This document shows, in pieces, positions 27,900 through 41,131 of a stretch of DNA of 64,000 nucleotides; positions within the stretch are counted from its first letter, which is position 1, and each line of letters begins with the position of its first letter. Under the pieces are notes generated by a model. The model searched no databases. It worked only from the letters and a program-made list of their open reading frames with translations, and was not told the DNA's origin. Both the position numbers and the translations under genes were made by a program. Source of the DNA: Utricularia gibba (lineage: Eukaryota; Plantae; Magnoliophyta); assembly GCA_002189035.1 (NCBI GenBank), contig CM007990.1, positions 2,046,001-2,110,000 of the forward strand. The letters are read 5' to 3'.

Positions 27900-28900
27900 A
27901 AAGTGCATATAAAGTGTGATGGATGACATAAAGTTGTTCCTCCATATGTTAATAACTTATTCCTCCATCTGCAACTATATGACATTGTACAAAAAGTAGG
28001 TGATCATGGGTAGTGACTCGAAGTGGGCCTACATGTGCTTTTGGAGGCTCTTGTTCTAGGTGAAATGATTATTGTGAATTTGTGAATGAGAGGAAAAAGA
28101 TACAAGCTTCACTTGCATAGGCAAGCTTTTTACTAGACTTCAATAAGAATCATACTATATTTCCTCTTTTTTACTCCCATTTTTTGCAAATGAACAAGTT
28201 GGCTACAAGGATGAGTGGGCAATTGACATTGGAATAGTGTTTGGTCACAAACCATCATTGATCTTGTGCCAAGCAACAAAGCAAAAAGGAATATACAAGG
28301 CTTATGTGACAGAGAGATTTGGAAAGATTTTACTAGGAGGAGGTATCTAAATTCAATGAACAAGCAAAAGAGATACACAAACACTTCAGAAAGGAGAATG
28401 TAAAACATGATGGTGGACATCTTGACTAGTTGTTCCCCTATTCTAATAGTTTCAAACAGCATATATTCATTCAATTTAATAAAATCAACACATACATGGC
28501 TTTTTACCAATTTGTTAGCTTCAGCTAATGATTATCATAATGGGCAATATAAATGTGAGAGTAGCAATCATAACAATTCATAGCATAATGCCTAGATCGT
28601 CCATAAATTTGAAAAATAAGAGATGGTTAGCTATCACCTCTACCACCATGAGAGCTATTACCATGTGAGTATAATGATAGTGGATGATTAGAGATGATAG
28701 TATTTCCATAACCAGATTGACTGTAATGATCAATGAATTGAAAAGGAAAATATGCACTCTGATAACCATTTAATCGACTAGGATAATGACTAGAATCATG
28801 CTGATCGAAAGAACGTCTGCCATGATCACCAAGTCCATGAAACCTAGAAAGCTTGAGATGGAGTAATTATTCAATAGAATTTGAACTTAATTCACAATGG
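27900..28900 (-). mobile_element. Highly degraded gypsy gag-like remnant
   Basis: The reverse strand near 28800-28860 reads HLKLSRFHGLGD, like gag KLPRFDG; the rest is uninterpretable. Confidence 0.25.
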
Positions 28901-30162
28901 TTGAATAGTACAACCGTACTGCCTTTGTTCACACTAAAGGAAAATAGAAAGAACACTTTCCAATGATGGCAATGGTTGTTGTACATAAAGATTATTAATC
29001 CTCTCTTGATGGCAATCCTTCAAGCTATTAATAAAATACATGAATTTATCACAATAATTTCATACACAAGTTCAAGTTGATTACACATTCTTTTAACTTC
29101 ATTATAAAAACTTGACATTTCTTGTTTATTTCCTTTCTTTATTAAAGCATCTCCAATTCACTCAGATTTTCAAATATGACAATTTAATTATCTCTCCATC
29201 TCCATAAACAAATAGTCCGTCTAGCATTACAAATTTTTTCTCTTTCCTCCACAATTTCCTTTGCGGATATCCTTTTTCCACAAGGAACTCCACCATTTTT
29301 TATTATTTTGCTGCAATATGTTTCATTTTTTGATGTGCCATACCATATTGAAGAAGCTACTAAAAAATTTATTTGGGTTGAAACCCTATTTTCGATCACT
29401 TCATACATGTTGAAGAATATATTGAGGACTTGGATTTCATTTATCTATGAACTCACTTGAAGTTTTCATTTGAAAAGTCAAAGTATGAATTCATTTCTAG
29501 TTTTCATTTTATCTATTTATGATGTATTTTGATGCTACGTTTTTCATTGAAGCATTCTAATTTTTTATTTCACCTTCGATTCTATTTCGCAGAATTAAAC
29601 ATGAGAAATTAATTGTGAGTTCAAAAACTTTCATAGAGTTACAACAAAATAATACAATTAAATGTGTATATTTTTCCATGAAATTTTGAGTTATAATTCT
29701 GTTGAAAACTTCTCTCTTTACCACTAATTTAGTAGCAAGTTATCTCTAATCTCTTCTAACCAAGAGATTGTGTGAATCTGGAAATTTTATTATTCCCATA
29801 TACTTTATTTTAAGTTGCATTTCCTTTGAAGTTTTTAGTAAATTATGATAAAATGGTTGAAGTTTTCGATATTACAATGTACGATGTCTAAACTTTCTGT
29901 TTTTTCATCAATGAGCCATGATATTATGAGCCTTGCTATGATGTTCGGTGATCTTTTTTCAGTTTAGATATGGAGCCATGATATATAATGTGCTACAATG
30001 TTTCACATATGGAGCAAATTTTCTTTAGTTTTTCTTCCATTTTGAATAATTTTCTCTAAAACTTGAACTAAAATTTCTTTCCAATTTTGATTTGGTTGTT
30101 TAATGTGGTATGATCTCATCATTCTAATAAACAAGGATAAGTATATGTTTCTGTTTTTAGAG

Positions 30163-30560
30163 ATGGCTGATCAAAGTAGATTACAATCAACATGATGGAT
30201 TGAAGAAGAAGAACGTCTTCTTGTATCAGCTTGGTTGAATGCTATTGTTGATCTTATAAATGGGAAGTCACAAAAGGGCGATTCTTTTTGGACAAGAGTT
30301 GCTGCCTATTACAATGATGCAGGAGTTGGGCGACATCGTTATGCAGATCCTTTGAAGAAAAAATGGAGTCATTTGAATAAAGAGATTCAAAATTTTGTTG
30401 GTTTTTATAGACAAATCTTAGACAAGGCAACAAGTGGAATGAATGAACATGATTTCAAATGAGATGCTATGATTCTTTATAAGCAATAAACAAGGAAGGA
30501 TTTCGATCACTTAAGTTGTTGGAAGATTTTAAGAAAAGAGCCAAAGTGGAAAACAGTAAT
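30163..30560 (+). pseudogene. Harbinger Myb/SANT-like (NAM-associated type) ORF remnant
   Basis: WIEEEERLLVSAWLN...SQKGDSFWTRVAAYYN...KKWSHLNKE...CWKILRKEPKW, with in-frame stops. Confidence 0.75.
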
Positions 30561-31247
30561 GATTTTAATTTTTTTTTCCTTAATGTTATTATTTATACAT
30601 CTTGTGATAGTTTATTATGATAGTCTATCAATCTTGGAAGTAAGAAATCTGGAAAAAATTTTCAAGTTCTATCCTAGATTCAGCACTAAGTCAATATAAT
30701 GAGCACGTTATTGGACTTTAAGATGCTGTTTAGGGATAGAACCTCGACAATATAATGAAATCCAAACATTGAAAAAAGTTTGGAAATTGTGTGCACTTAA
30801 AATGGATGATTGTACTCTCAAGCAATGGAGCTTGTATAATTTAGTAATGTTGAGACTTCAATCAATGATGCAATCTCTAATTCAAGCTAGTTTTTAAATG
30901 ATGCAAGGTGATTATGGGCAAGTGGGCAATGATGATATTATAGACTTGAGTGCTGGATTGAGTGACATGGGTGGAGCATAACGTCATGTTCTTTTTTTTT
31001 TATTTCAAACTTGCTTTTACTTTCACATTGTGATCATAATCTAGCAACTCTTAAAAGATTGATCGTAAAATAGATGCATGCTTATTTTAGAATATTTCTG
31101 ACTTCTTTTTTCTTTTCGTTTTTGACTTTTTTCTTTTGTTTTTTTTAGTCTTTCGTATTCTCCTTTATAAAATACTACACACATCTCTTTGCATTATTAA
31201 TTCTTTTATGGATCGTCCAAATTTTCTTTTCTTCATTCCAACAGCAA

Positions 31248-32384
31248 ATATGGATTTGGAAGGTATAGTTCAAGTAGGATATGACTATATTTTACAGAAT
31301 TTTGTAGATGGTGAAGGCGGTCAAGACATCGTCAAGCACCTTGTCGTTATATTGAGCGTGAATGTGAAGCAGGTCATACTAGATTGTTTCAAGATTATCT
31401 TTCAGAGCGGCCAACATATAATGATGACATGTTTTGGAGAAGACTTTGGATATGATGTCCTCTCTTTTTACAAATTGTTGATGCCCTACAACACTTGAAG
31501 CCTTTTTTTCAAGATAAACTTGATGCTACTATCAAGTAAGTCTTTCAACCCTTCAAAAGTACATTGCTGTCTTTCATATGTTGGCATATCATTGTAGTGC
31601 TGATTGTGTGGATAAGTGTATACTTATTGGGGAGACTACCTCACTCGAGTATTTTCGGCATTTTTTTTCGAGAATCCATGCAATTTTTCAAGAGCAGTAC
31701 ATGACTGCTCCAATTGTTGAAGTTCTATAGTATTTACTAGCATTTGGAGAGACTCATGAATTTCAAGGCATGCTTGATAGTATAGGTTATATGCATTAGG
31801 AGTAGAAGAATTGTCGTGTTACATGGAAGGATTATATTCACGTGGTGACCACTGAAAGCTAACATTCATGTTAGAGGCAGTTGCTTCAATTGATACTTGG
31901 ATTTAGCATGCTTTCTTTGGAATGGATAAATTCAAATAATGATTTAAATGTGTTATGTCATTCTTCTCTATTATAGGATTTTCATCGTGGTGTTGCCCCA
32001 AGAGTTGAACGAACACATATATCATTCTAGTTACTATTTGGGTGATGGTATTTATCTTGATTGATCGGATTTTGTTATATCAATCATATTCCCTCAACGT
32101 CTAAAAAGAAGAGAGTTTGCTTGATGTCAAGAGAGTGCCATAAAGGATGTGGAATGCACTTTCAGTACATAACAAAGTTAGTTTGCTATTGTGACAGGAT
32201 CAGAAATGGTGTGGGATCAAGATGCACTTGCCGATATCATGTATGCATGTATAATATGATTATTGAAGATGAGGGTCATGTTATTTCTCCACCTACATCT
32301 GAAACTCAATATGATCAAGTGAGAGTCAAAGAATCAATATTTCATTCCAATGTGGGGCTCAAGATCAATTCCTTTCTTGCTTGA
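31248..32384 (+). pseudogene. Harbinger DDE transposase remnant (DUF635/Plant_tran type)
   Basis: Segments such as IGETTSLEYFR, GMLDSIGYMH, NNDLNVL, YYLGDGIY and MYNMIIEDE; multiple stops and frameshifts. Confidence 0.75.
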
Positions 32385-33670
32385 GTAGCTCAATTTTAAG
32401 ACTATGTTCCATCTTCAATTGGATCATATTTAGACTAAGTTTATCTAGTAACAACGAAGTTTGTAAAATTCAAATCATTATTACTTGTGACATTTTCTTT
32501 GTTAACTTTCTATTCAAGTAGTTTGTGACTTTTTATTTCAATTTATTTTATAGTTTTAAGTTGATTGATTGGATATGAATATAAAAGATTAGGATGGATA
32601 GTTAATCCTATATCTAATAATATATTTTATAAAATAGTTAGTTGGAAATTACTTTACTAAATATCCGAATGGAGTGGGTTGGAAATGTTCTCACACAAGA
32701 GTACATTTCAAGTAGATAATTTTGGATTCAATTTGAACCATATATGCATCATGAAAAAATGCCCATAGTTGAGAGGAGACATTAATATTCAAAATTTGTG
32801 TCAAAACTTTTTTGAGAGATTTGATTTAATTCAAGAAGCTACATGAATATCATTCGTAGTCTATCTTCATATTCAGAGTCCACAACTTGGGTTACCATGG
32901 TAAGCGTGATTGCATTTGTCGTTATCAAAGTAATAATTTGAGTTGTGGAATATATCTATCAATATAACTTGTCTGTCATTGACTAGTAAGTAACTTCCAC
33001 ATCAGATTTTGCCAAACAACATATTTGCATTCAACTTAATTAGAATCATTTGAGATAGTAAACCAAATGCTAATAAGTTTGACATTTTACCGCTGCGAAT
33101 ACAACAAATAATAGAACAATATCTCAAAAATACAATGAAATCAGTGGTTGAATCCTAATTCTGACACCATGTTGAATTAGATCAAAAAGATGGAGATAAA
33201 CTAAAAGAAGAATGGCAACGGTGCAATAATGAACAGCAATTAGCACTCATACTTCATTAATAACCACATATTTATAGGTATATAATAATGACCTAATAAT
33301 ATGTAATTGCAGATATACCCATGCCCAATAATTCTTACACTCGTCTCCAACTTTTAAATTAATTCGATCTCGTTTGGTACTAGATGAGAAACATTGTTGG
33401 CATAGTGGTGTATTCAGCTGCATTTTAACACAAAAAAAAGGCTGACAAGCCAAATGCCGACCCTTCTTTCCTTTTGAGTGTAGCCGCCAGCGAATCACAA
33501 TACAAAATTAATTATCAGCCTCCCTCCCTATGTACACTCGCTAGTATATTCTTGTGTGTGTATGTAAGTGGGTGTAATCCTTCCTCTTCGAAAAAGTGTT
33601 GTCTCCAGCTGCTTGCTTACACCGTGTACATTGAAAAAAGTGTATTGATTACAGCCTCTCACCCAGAGAT

Positions 33671-33695
33671 CTTCTTCTTCTTCTTCTTCTTCTTC
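33671..33695 (+). repeat. (CTT)8 microsatellite just 3' of the DUF2358 gene stop
   Basis: Read directly from the sequence. Confidence 0.9.
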
Positions 33696-33704
33696 AAGGC
33701 TGAT

Positions 33705-34921
33705 TCACAGCGTTGCCCTTAAGAACTCGATAACAAGGTAAGCAACTGCCAGAAACAGAGCAATCTGGTACAGATCCTGCTGAAACCCATCGTCCCTCTG
33801 GAAGAAAAACTGAGCCAGGACAAAAATGGAAGTGTTAGAAACAAATGACTCCACAACCCAGCCTTTCATGAACTCTACAAAATAATGGACTAAGGCACAT
33901 TTCCCTTTATTCTCTTTTCGCACCTACCTTCGTTGGATCACCAGTGATGTCTGGATACATTTCCACGTTCTTACTGTCGCCGGATGTGATTCGTTTGGCT
34001 AGATCCTTAATAACATCAGAAGCATCCTTGCCGGATTCAGCGGCTGCCAACAGCAGCCTTGATGCCCAGAAATAAGCTTCAGCTGGTAAGGATGATGCGG
34101 AGACTTCCCATACCTCCTGGTGCTCAGTAACCTGACCGCTTATTTGGTTCAGGGTGAACTCCGATGTCACTCTCAGCGTCAAGTATCCTCCACCCTTTAG
34201 GTTCCCTCTCAGCGTCCACCGGATTTTCAAAACACTGGTTGATAGCATCACCATCTCCTGCACGCTCTGCATTCACAACACCAAGTTAGAAACCAAGTAA
34301 ACGTATTAGCAGTGTGGAAATCTAGAATGAAATGCGTGATCCTAAATACCCATATATTATAAGATTTCACTTTCTGACAGGCTATTGCTAACTACAGGTT
34401 TCTGCAAGTTCCCATTTGTGACTTACAGAAATAGGATTCTCGAATGCATCGGCAACCCGAGATCGTCTTTTGTACTTGTCTCTTCCTTTGAAGCTTCTAA
34501 CTGGATCCTGCACCGCATTGCATTCTTGGTTCACCAATACGTACTGTAAACAAAGTAATGGCTCACAAATTCTTCACCTTGTATACGACAGCCGGGGCGC
34601 AAACTCCGAGCGCGGAGTTGGGTTGTCGTAGTTCAAGAATTTCCCGCACGAGCAGCCTGGCTGTACTTTCCACCGAAGGGCTGCTAATACACTGAAACTC
34701 ATCGCAAAGCTGCCCGAAGTCCATGCCGTCGACGATCTTATCGGCCTCCGATCTCTCAGTCGAAATATTGTTAGATTGCTTCCCGACAGCGTGCAAGGCG
34801 CAAGTATCCTTCACCGCCGGGGGCCAAGAAAAGCGCGTGGGTTTGGAGCATGCCTTTGGATTGTGGAAGAGATGAATCCCAGGGAAGGAGCAGAGCGAAT
34901 GGAAGAAGAAGAAGGTGTCAT
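33705..34921 (-). CDS. Plastid-type DUF2358/NTF2-like membrane protein (At1g65230-like), with an apparent frameshift in exon 1
   Basis: Exons about 34921-34578, 34507-34427, 34266-33928 and 33809-33705. Conserved SEADKIVDGMDFG, SSPSVESTAR, VQEMVMLSTSVL, SEFTLNQISGQV, FFQRDD, YQIALFLA. The Ser-rich leader is in a different frame from the core. Confidence 0.8.
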
Positions 34922-36409
34922 GGCGTGGACTGTGGTTCGCTCAGGTACAACAGAAGAACTGGACTGAAATTTGTTGAATTGGATTGCCTGCGGGATAAGG
35001 CGTTGCATTGGTGTGTGGTTGCTAAACGCTTTTGTTATCTCCTACACCGCCGGCCACACCTTCCCTTCTTATCATCGTGTCTCCAAATATATAAATAGTT
35101 AGTTTTTTGAAAATAAAAATTCATATTTATGTTACTAACTTGTGTTAAAATAGATTGTTCCGTTATTATTTACTTTAAAAAGTATTAAAATTAATAACGT
35201 TTGAAAAATTAAATACAAATTAAATTAAAAACCTGTATCTCAGTATTATAATTTTTACAAATACAAAATTATAATATGAATTCAATTTTTCTTAATAAAT
35301 TAAAATACATAATAAATAATCTATGCAGGGATATCTTTTTTTTTTTTCTAATTCATTCATATATAGAGTATAGTTAATCAATGTCTGTATGTATCTTTTT
35401 TCATTATACACAAACGTATGTTAGGGTTAACCCATGCTCGTGTGTATCTTTTTTCTAATACATTAGGACATGAGTTGCGTGAGTTGGGCGCGATGCTGTG
35501 TATGAAAGTCATTGCACTCTTGGAATGTTGTGCTCCCCATGTTGCCCATTAATTTAATGGAATTCAGTATTACAAGTCCCAATTTTCAAAAAACCCGGAA
35601 TGAATGCCGATCGTCTTGCTTAGAAACTGGCAATGCTAGTTGCTGTGCTCGAATACGTGTTATTTTCAAAATCAATCACCACAAAAAAATTCAATTCCAA
35701 AACTATCAACTGTATGTATTATGTGTATAAAACAATTCATTTTAATATATTCTTTTTTTTGAATTACATTTATTATTAAATATCGTATATATTTAAATAT
35801 AATAAATATATATATTTAAATAATTTAATTTATGTTATAATATTTTAAATTTTTTTAAAAAAACTGTTTATATCACTCAAACTAATTTATTAATAAAAAA
35901 TTTTAAAAAAATTAATCATAATTATAATTTTATAATTTTAAAATAAAAAAATACACATATTTATATTTCTAATATTCCTCAAGATATTTATGTTTTTTTG
36001 AAATTACAAATATAATACATATATATATATATTATATATATCATTATTTTTGAATATACAATAATAGAAATAATGTTTTACTATATATTATAATTATATT
36101 TCAATTAATGAAAACAAATTTTACATATATTAATTTATATTAAAATTGATGACTACAATATAAATTACACTGTTCTAGATTTTCAAGTATCATAATAATC
36201 TATTACAATTACTATAAATGTACAATAATTTTAAAATAATAAAAAATAAAAGATTTATATTATAAATATAAATATTTATATTTGATTTTTTTAAAAAATA
36301 CAAAGATATCTCGTATACGAATCATTATAATACATATATATCTATAATATATCGATTTTTTTTACAATACAATAATATAATTCATGTTTTACTATATATT
36401 AGTTGTATT

Positions 36410-36870
36410 TCAATTAGTGAAAACAAATTTTACATATGTTAATTTATGTTGACCAATCACTACAATTCATTAATTACAATTACCAGAAATTAAAATAATA
36501 TAAGTAATACGATAATTCTCTATTTTTTACAATTAGTGTAATCATAAATTACAGTTACCAGAAATAAAAGTAATATAAATAAAACGATAATTGCATATTT
36601 TTGTTGATCACTGTAATTCATCAATTACAGTTACCCAAAATGGAAGTAATATAAAGAAAATGACAATTACTTATTTCTGGCGATCACTATAATTCATCAA
36701 TTACAATTATTAGAAATGAAAGTAATATAAACAAAACGAAAATTGTTTATTTTTGCCAATCCCTATAATCATCAATTATAGTTACAAAAAACAAAAGTAA
36801 TATAAAGGAAACGATAATTGCATAATCATGCCGATCACTGTAATTCATCAATTACAGTTACCAGACAAAT
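36410..36870 (-). repeat. Tandem array, about six copies of a 76-bp unit
   Basis: The core AATTCATCAATTACAGTTACC recurs at 36464, 36540, 36615, 36691, 36767 and 36842. Confidence 0.85.
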
Positions 36871-36896
36871 AGTATTTTACATATTGATAATATTTA

Positions 36897-39800
36897 TCCT
36901 AATTTCATAAACGATCCAAAAAATTTACGCACAAGTGACTTTTGCTTCCTAGGCTGTTGAGTAGATGAGTTAGGAAGATCAAACCTAGTATTCATACCTT
37001 GAGGTCGTTCCTAAAGAGATGACTGTGGTTGTTGAGAAACATCTTCGAAATCACGGTGATATGGTACATCAATAGATACCCGATGACTTTGAGATGGACT
37101 ATGTGCAGGTGAAGCTGTATCTTGTGAAAATCTTAATCTCCCACTATGTCCACTTCTCCTTCCTACGCTCCTTCCCCTATCCATATTCATCCTATATCGT
37201 GAACTACGTGTACGACCATATCTAATCACCTTTTTACGTGTAGGATCATGAATTAGAGGCATTGTTGCTAGCCAATGTGTCTCTGCTCGAAGTGGATGGA
37301 ATTGGACCTTGGATGCTTTCAAAAAACGTTGTTGTAAATGTATGGGATCCACATATTGTCTTGAATCAACTCCAAATCTCTTGCACGCCTGAAATAGACA
37401 TGACTTTCATATTGAATAAATAAACATTATTGAATCATAGTCTAACCTGTTGTGCATGTGAGCATGGTATTCCATAATTTTTCCATTTGCAACACGTGCA
37501 TTTGCCCTCCTTGATGCGCACCACACAAACATTATCTTTCTCATTTGCTTTCCTTCAGGTGATTACATGAACTATCATTTCGTAGCGATCATAAATCTCT
37601 TCTCTTGAATAAGGATTAGGCTTGTCCCAATGATCAAACAATCGTTGCGCTTGTGTCGAAAGGACTTGATTCTTCATTTGTGCCTCTTGTGCCAACTCCA
37701 AATCTTCTAAAATATACTTTTTGCATCGATCAAATGTAGTCTGCATGTACTTCTAAATTTAAATTTTCGTTAAATTTAAAACATAAAACACAAATTAATC
37801 ATACCTTAGCCAATGCCATAAGTGAGAGATGTTGTGCTCCTTTCAAAACACCGTTCATTCCTTCAACTTGATTGGTAGTCATTGTTCCATATCTTCGGCC
37901 ACCATCATGAGATATTGTCCAAGCCTCGGGAGGAACATTCATTAAGTAGTTCCAAGCCGCGATATTTATCATTCTGAGCTCTTCCATATAATCATAGAAT
38001 TTCTCCACGTAGTCGGTGAATGATGCTTTAAGGAACAATGTTTGAACCAGTTCAGATTTAAATTTGTCAAAGAAATTTGCTCAAAAATGACGAAAGCATT
38101 AGCGATGACATCCTCCGAATACTTCACTGAATGCTGTAACTCTGATTGCTGCCTTTCGAATAGAGTCACATCTATCAGAAATCAAGCACGTGGGTTTTCC
38201 TAAAGCAATGTAAGTTCCCACTAGCTCTAGAAACCATAGTAAAGAAGCATCAGTTTCTTCATCTACTATGGCAAAGGCAAGTGGCAAAAACTTTCCACAT
38301 TGAGAGACGGTCACTGCAATGAGTATTTTGTGTCTGTATGTCGCATACAAGTGTGTTACATTGACTGAAATAACCGGACGGGTGTGCTGGTAGGCATGTA
38401 TACATGGTCCAAACGCCCAAAAGTAATAGTGCAATGTGGCTCCATCTTCCTTATTCCTCCATTGGATTACGGTGTATGGATTTTGTAAAGCAACTTCATT
38501 TAAGAAAGCTGGAAGTTTCTTCACTGATTCATCCCATGTGCCATACACCTTCTCAAAGGCCTTTCGCATTTCATACCATGCACGTTTGTACGGTACTTCA
38601 TAACCAATTCTATCCAACACAGCTGCAATAACAGTTGACACTTTGGTCCCAATGTCTGCTTCAATATACAGCTTGGCAATCTAAGAGATATAATCATGAT
38701 TGATGTTTCTGTGATAAAAGAATCATGCCCCCTACCGCTTGCATGTGTGAGGCTCAATAAGCTTTGAGATCTTTTATTTTCCCAATCGTTTATAATGTGC
38801 TACACGAATCCTTCAGTGACAATTTTGAGTGTCACGTTGTTTACAATACATCTCAAAGACTCTAGGCTCAATGTCACCAACAGTGAACTTCTTCCCAATT
38901 TCAATGGAAAATTCTCTAACTTGTCTTTGAAAATCTTCTTTAGCTTCAAAAAAATCACCTTCCTTGAATCTCGGTTCATATTGATGTGTATCCCCTCCAT
39001 GATTACTTGATTCTTCCTCTATATCGTGTAAACCTGTGTTAGGAAACCATTCCGAATCACAACTTGCGTTTCCTTCAAGCACATTCTCTTTGCCTTCTGA
39101 GTTTTGAGGAGTATGATCAATATTGGGAACCTCGTTTTCATTAGTGAATTGCATAAATGAATCGTCATCAATATATTGTACTGGACCGAAATCATAATCC
39201 ACATATTCATCTATAGAAAAAAAGAATAACATAAAATTAAAAAAAAAAACATATACAATCTCGAAATTTATAAGAAAAAAATAGTCATTAACATTGTCTC
39301 CAATTTGTGAGTGAGGTTCTTCTTAAAAAAATGGGTCGTACTCCACAAATAAATCCACCAGAGCAATAACATGGTTAGGTTCTGATAAACGGGAATTTCC
39401 TAATATCGTTGAAAATAAAAATAGAAAATCCGTATCAAATAAATTTATAATACCTAATCTACACAAAATACAAATTTGGAAAACTTGTATAGTGGATATC
39501 GGGGTCGATCACGAAGAGCTTGTGCTTGCTAAGTGTTTTAGTAAATGCATGATTTCGGATAACAGTAGGTCTTAGTCTAAGCTCGGACTAACAGTGGTAA
39601 ACAAGTTCAATAAACAAGGTAGGTAAGCAATATCAGGTTTCTACGCTAGGGTAACAGGTACTGGTTTTGACTCAGACTAATACGAGGACGCCTTAAGGAT
39701 CTGCGGGTGGTGTTATGCTAAGCTTCCTAACTTAATTTATTATCTTCCTACACTCACAACTTCAAATAACCTAAGTCTACCCACGTCATTCATCATATTT

Positions 39801-41131
39801 TTGGCTTAAGCTAGTCCCCAATATCATAACCAACATTGCAATTAGGTCTACCCGCATGCAAGGCATATAGAATTAGGTCTACCCGGTTCTACTGGTTCTA
39901 CCCTGGACTAACACCGACTGATCCTGTCTTGGTTTGTTGGTCTACCTCTAAACCAAGCATTTAAGTTGTGAAACTACTTGCTCCCCTCCTTAGGCCTACC
40001 CATGGTTTGTTAGAAACAAGAGTTAAGGAAGACAACTAAATTTCATCATCAACTTAAGCACATACCACCCACTTCTCCTTAAGGCATCCCTAAGACTCTA
40101 GCCACTCATGCTTTGGAAACAAAACACGATTTCATTCACATAAGCTGGCCAAAATGGCAGAAACATTGTAAATAAGTAAAATGCAGAAAGTCGAAATGTT
40201 CAGAAAACTAGAAAGTAAATAAAGATTGTTCTTCCGCCCGTTAGCTACTATTCACAGCCCAGAACAGTAGCGCTGGACTGGGCTCCGGTGCTTTTCTAGG
40301 TGATGAAGGCGTTTCGTCCCCCTTCTCGTTGGTGTTTTTCCCGTTGGGGAAGAAGACCCCTTGCGTTCCCCCCTCACCCTGTGTTCTTCCGTTGGGGAAG
40401 AAGACCCCTTTGCATCCCCCCCCCCCCCCCGGTCGCTTCACTCCGTTCTCCTTCCTCCTTTTTGAAAAATTAATTTTCCACCTTTCCTTCACTCCATTGC
40501 ATTGTTGCTGTCCGCCAGTACTGTTCTCGACCGCCAGCACTGTTCCCGACCTGAACTTGTAGACTGCGGTGGCGGCAGAACAGTGCTCTTTGTCCTTCTC
40601 CGGATTTTGCGCCCCTTTTTTGCTTGTTTTACACGTTTGCAAGTCTAATTTTCGGCTCATCTCCCTGCTGAACTTACTGAAACATTAGTAACAAGAGTTG
40701 TGGACTAAATCAAAGGATTTAGTCCACTTTTCAACATAATCACATAGGATTAACATAAACACCACTAAAGCATGAAAAACCACATTTATCTAACCTAAAT
40801 CATGATAAAATATAGTTATTTTGTGTTATGAATTTTAGGAAAAATGTGTGTTATCAGGTTCATGAAAATAATTCAGGTTGCTTTGTGTCTCTAAATTCAA
40901 ATGCCTCATTTCTCTAGGCACAACATCAAAAAACTGGGCCGATAACCTAAGATTGAACCTCGAAGAAGACAATTGAATAATCTCATATAACTTTGCTTTT
41001 AATTCTTCCAATGAAATGTCGGCGTCTGACTGAAAAAACTGGATTGGTGCAACACTATAACTTACGTAATTCCCATAATTATAGATTTGACCTTCAAAGA
41101 AGACCTTGTATGAGACAGATCTGAAAGCCAT
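36897..41131 (-). pseudogene. MuDRA/MURA-like transposase pseudogene
   Basis: PB1-like N-terminus (MAFRSVSYKVFFEGQI), MuDR domain (FKEGDFFEAKEDFQRQVREFSI), DDE core (FWAFGPCI, RPVISVNVTHL, LPLAFAIVDEE, CLISDR), SWIM finger CTCCKWKNYGIPCSH (about 37455-37500). Stops and frameshifts present; the first catalytic Asp reads Asn. Confidence 0.9.
39383..40856 (-). mobile_element. Solo LTR (1474 bp, Athila-like gypsy) inserted in MURA
   Basis: TGATAA...TTATCA ends; perfect 5-bp TSD GGTTC (39378-39382 and 40857-40861). Removal restores the frame YFHEP-NHVIALVDLFVEYD. Confidence 0.92.

Larger units (their letters stand above)
29145..32690 (+). mobile_element. Old PIF/Harbinger element (GAGCATCTCCAA-type TIR)
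   Basis: Left TIR AAGCATCTCCAATTCACTC matches the right TIR GAGTGGGTTGGAAATGTTC at 14/19, all differences transitions. Flanks are TTA / TCA. Contains a Myb-like ORF and a DDE ORF in tandem. Confidence 0.7.

Noticed and set aside
27508-27985. Hydrophobic ORFs resembling a membrane glycosyltransferase or cellulose-synthase-like fragment
   Set aside because: No diagnostic motif; hydrophobicity is expected from the T-rich strand of degraded TE sequence.
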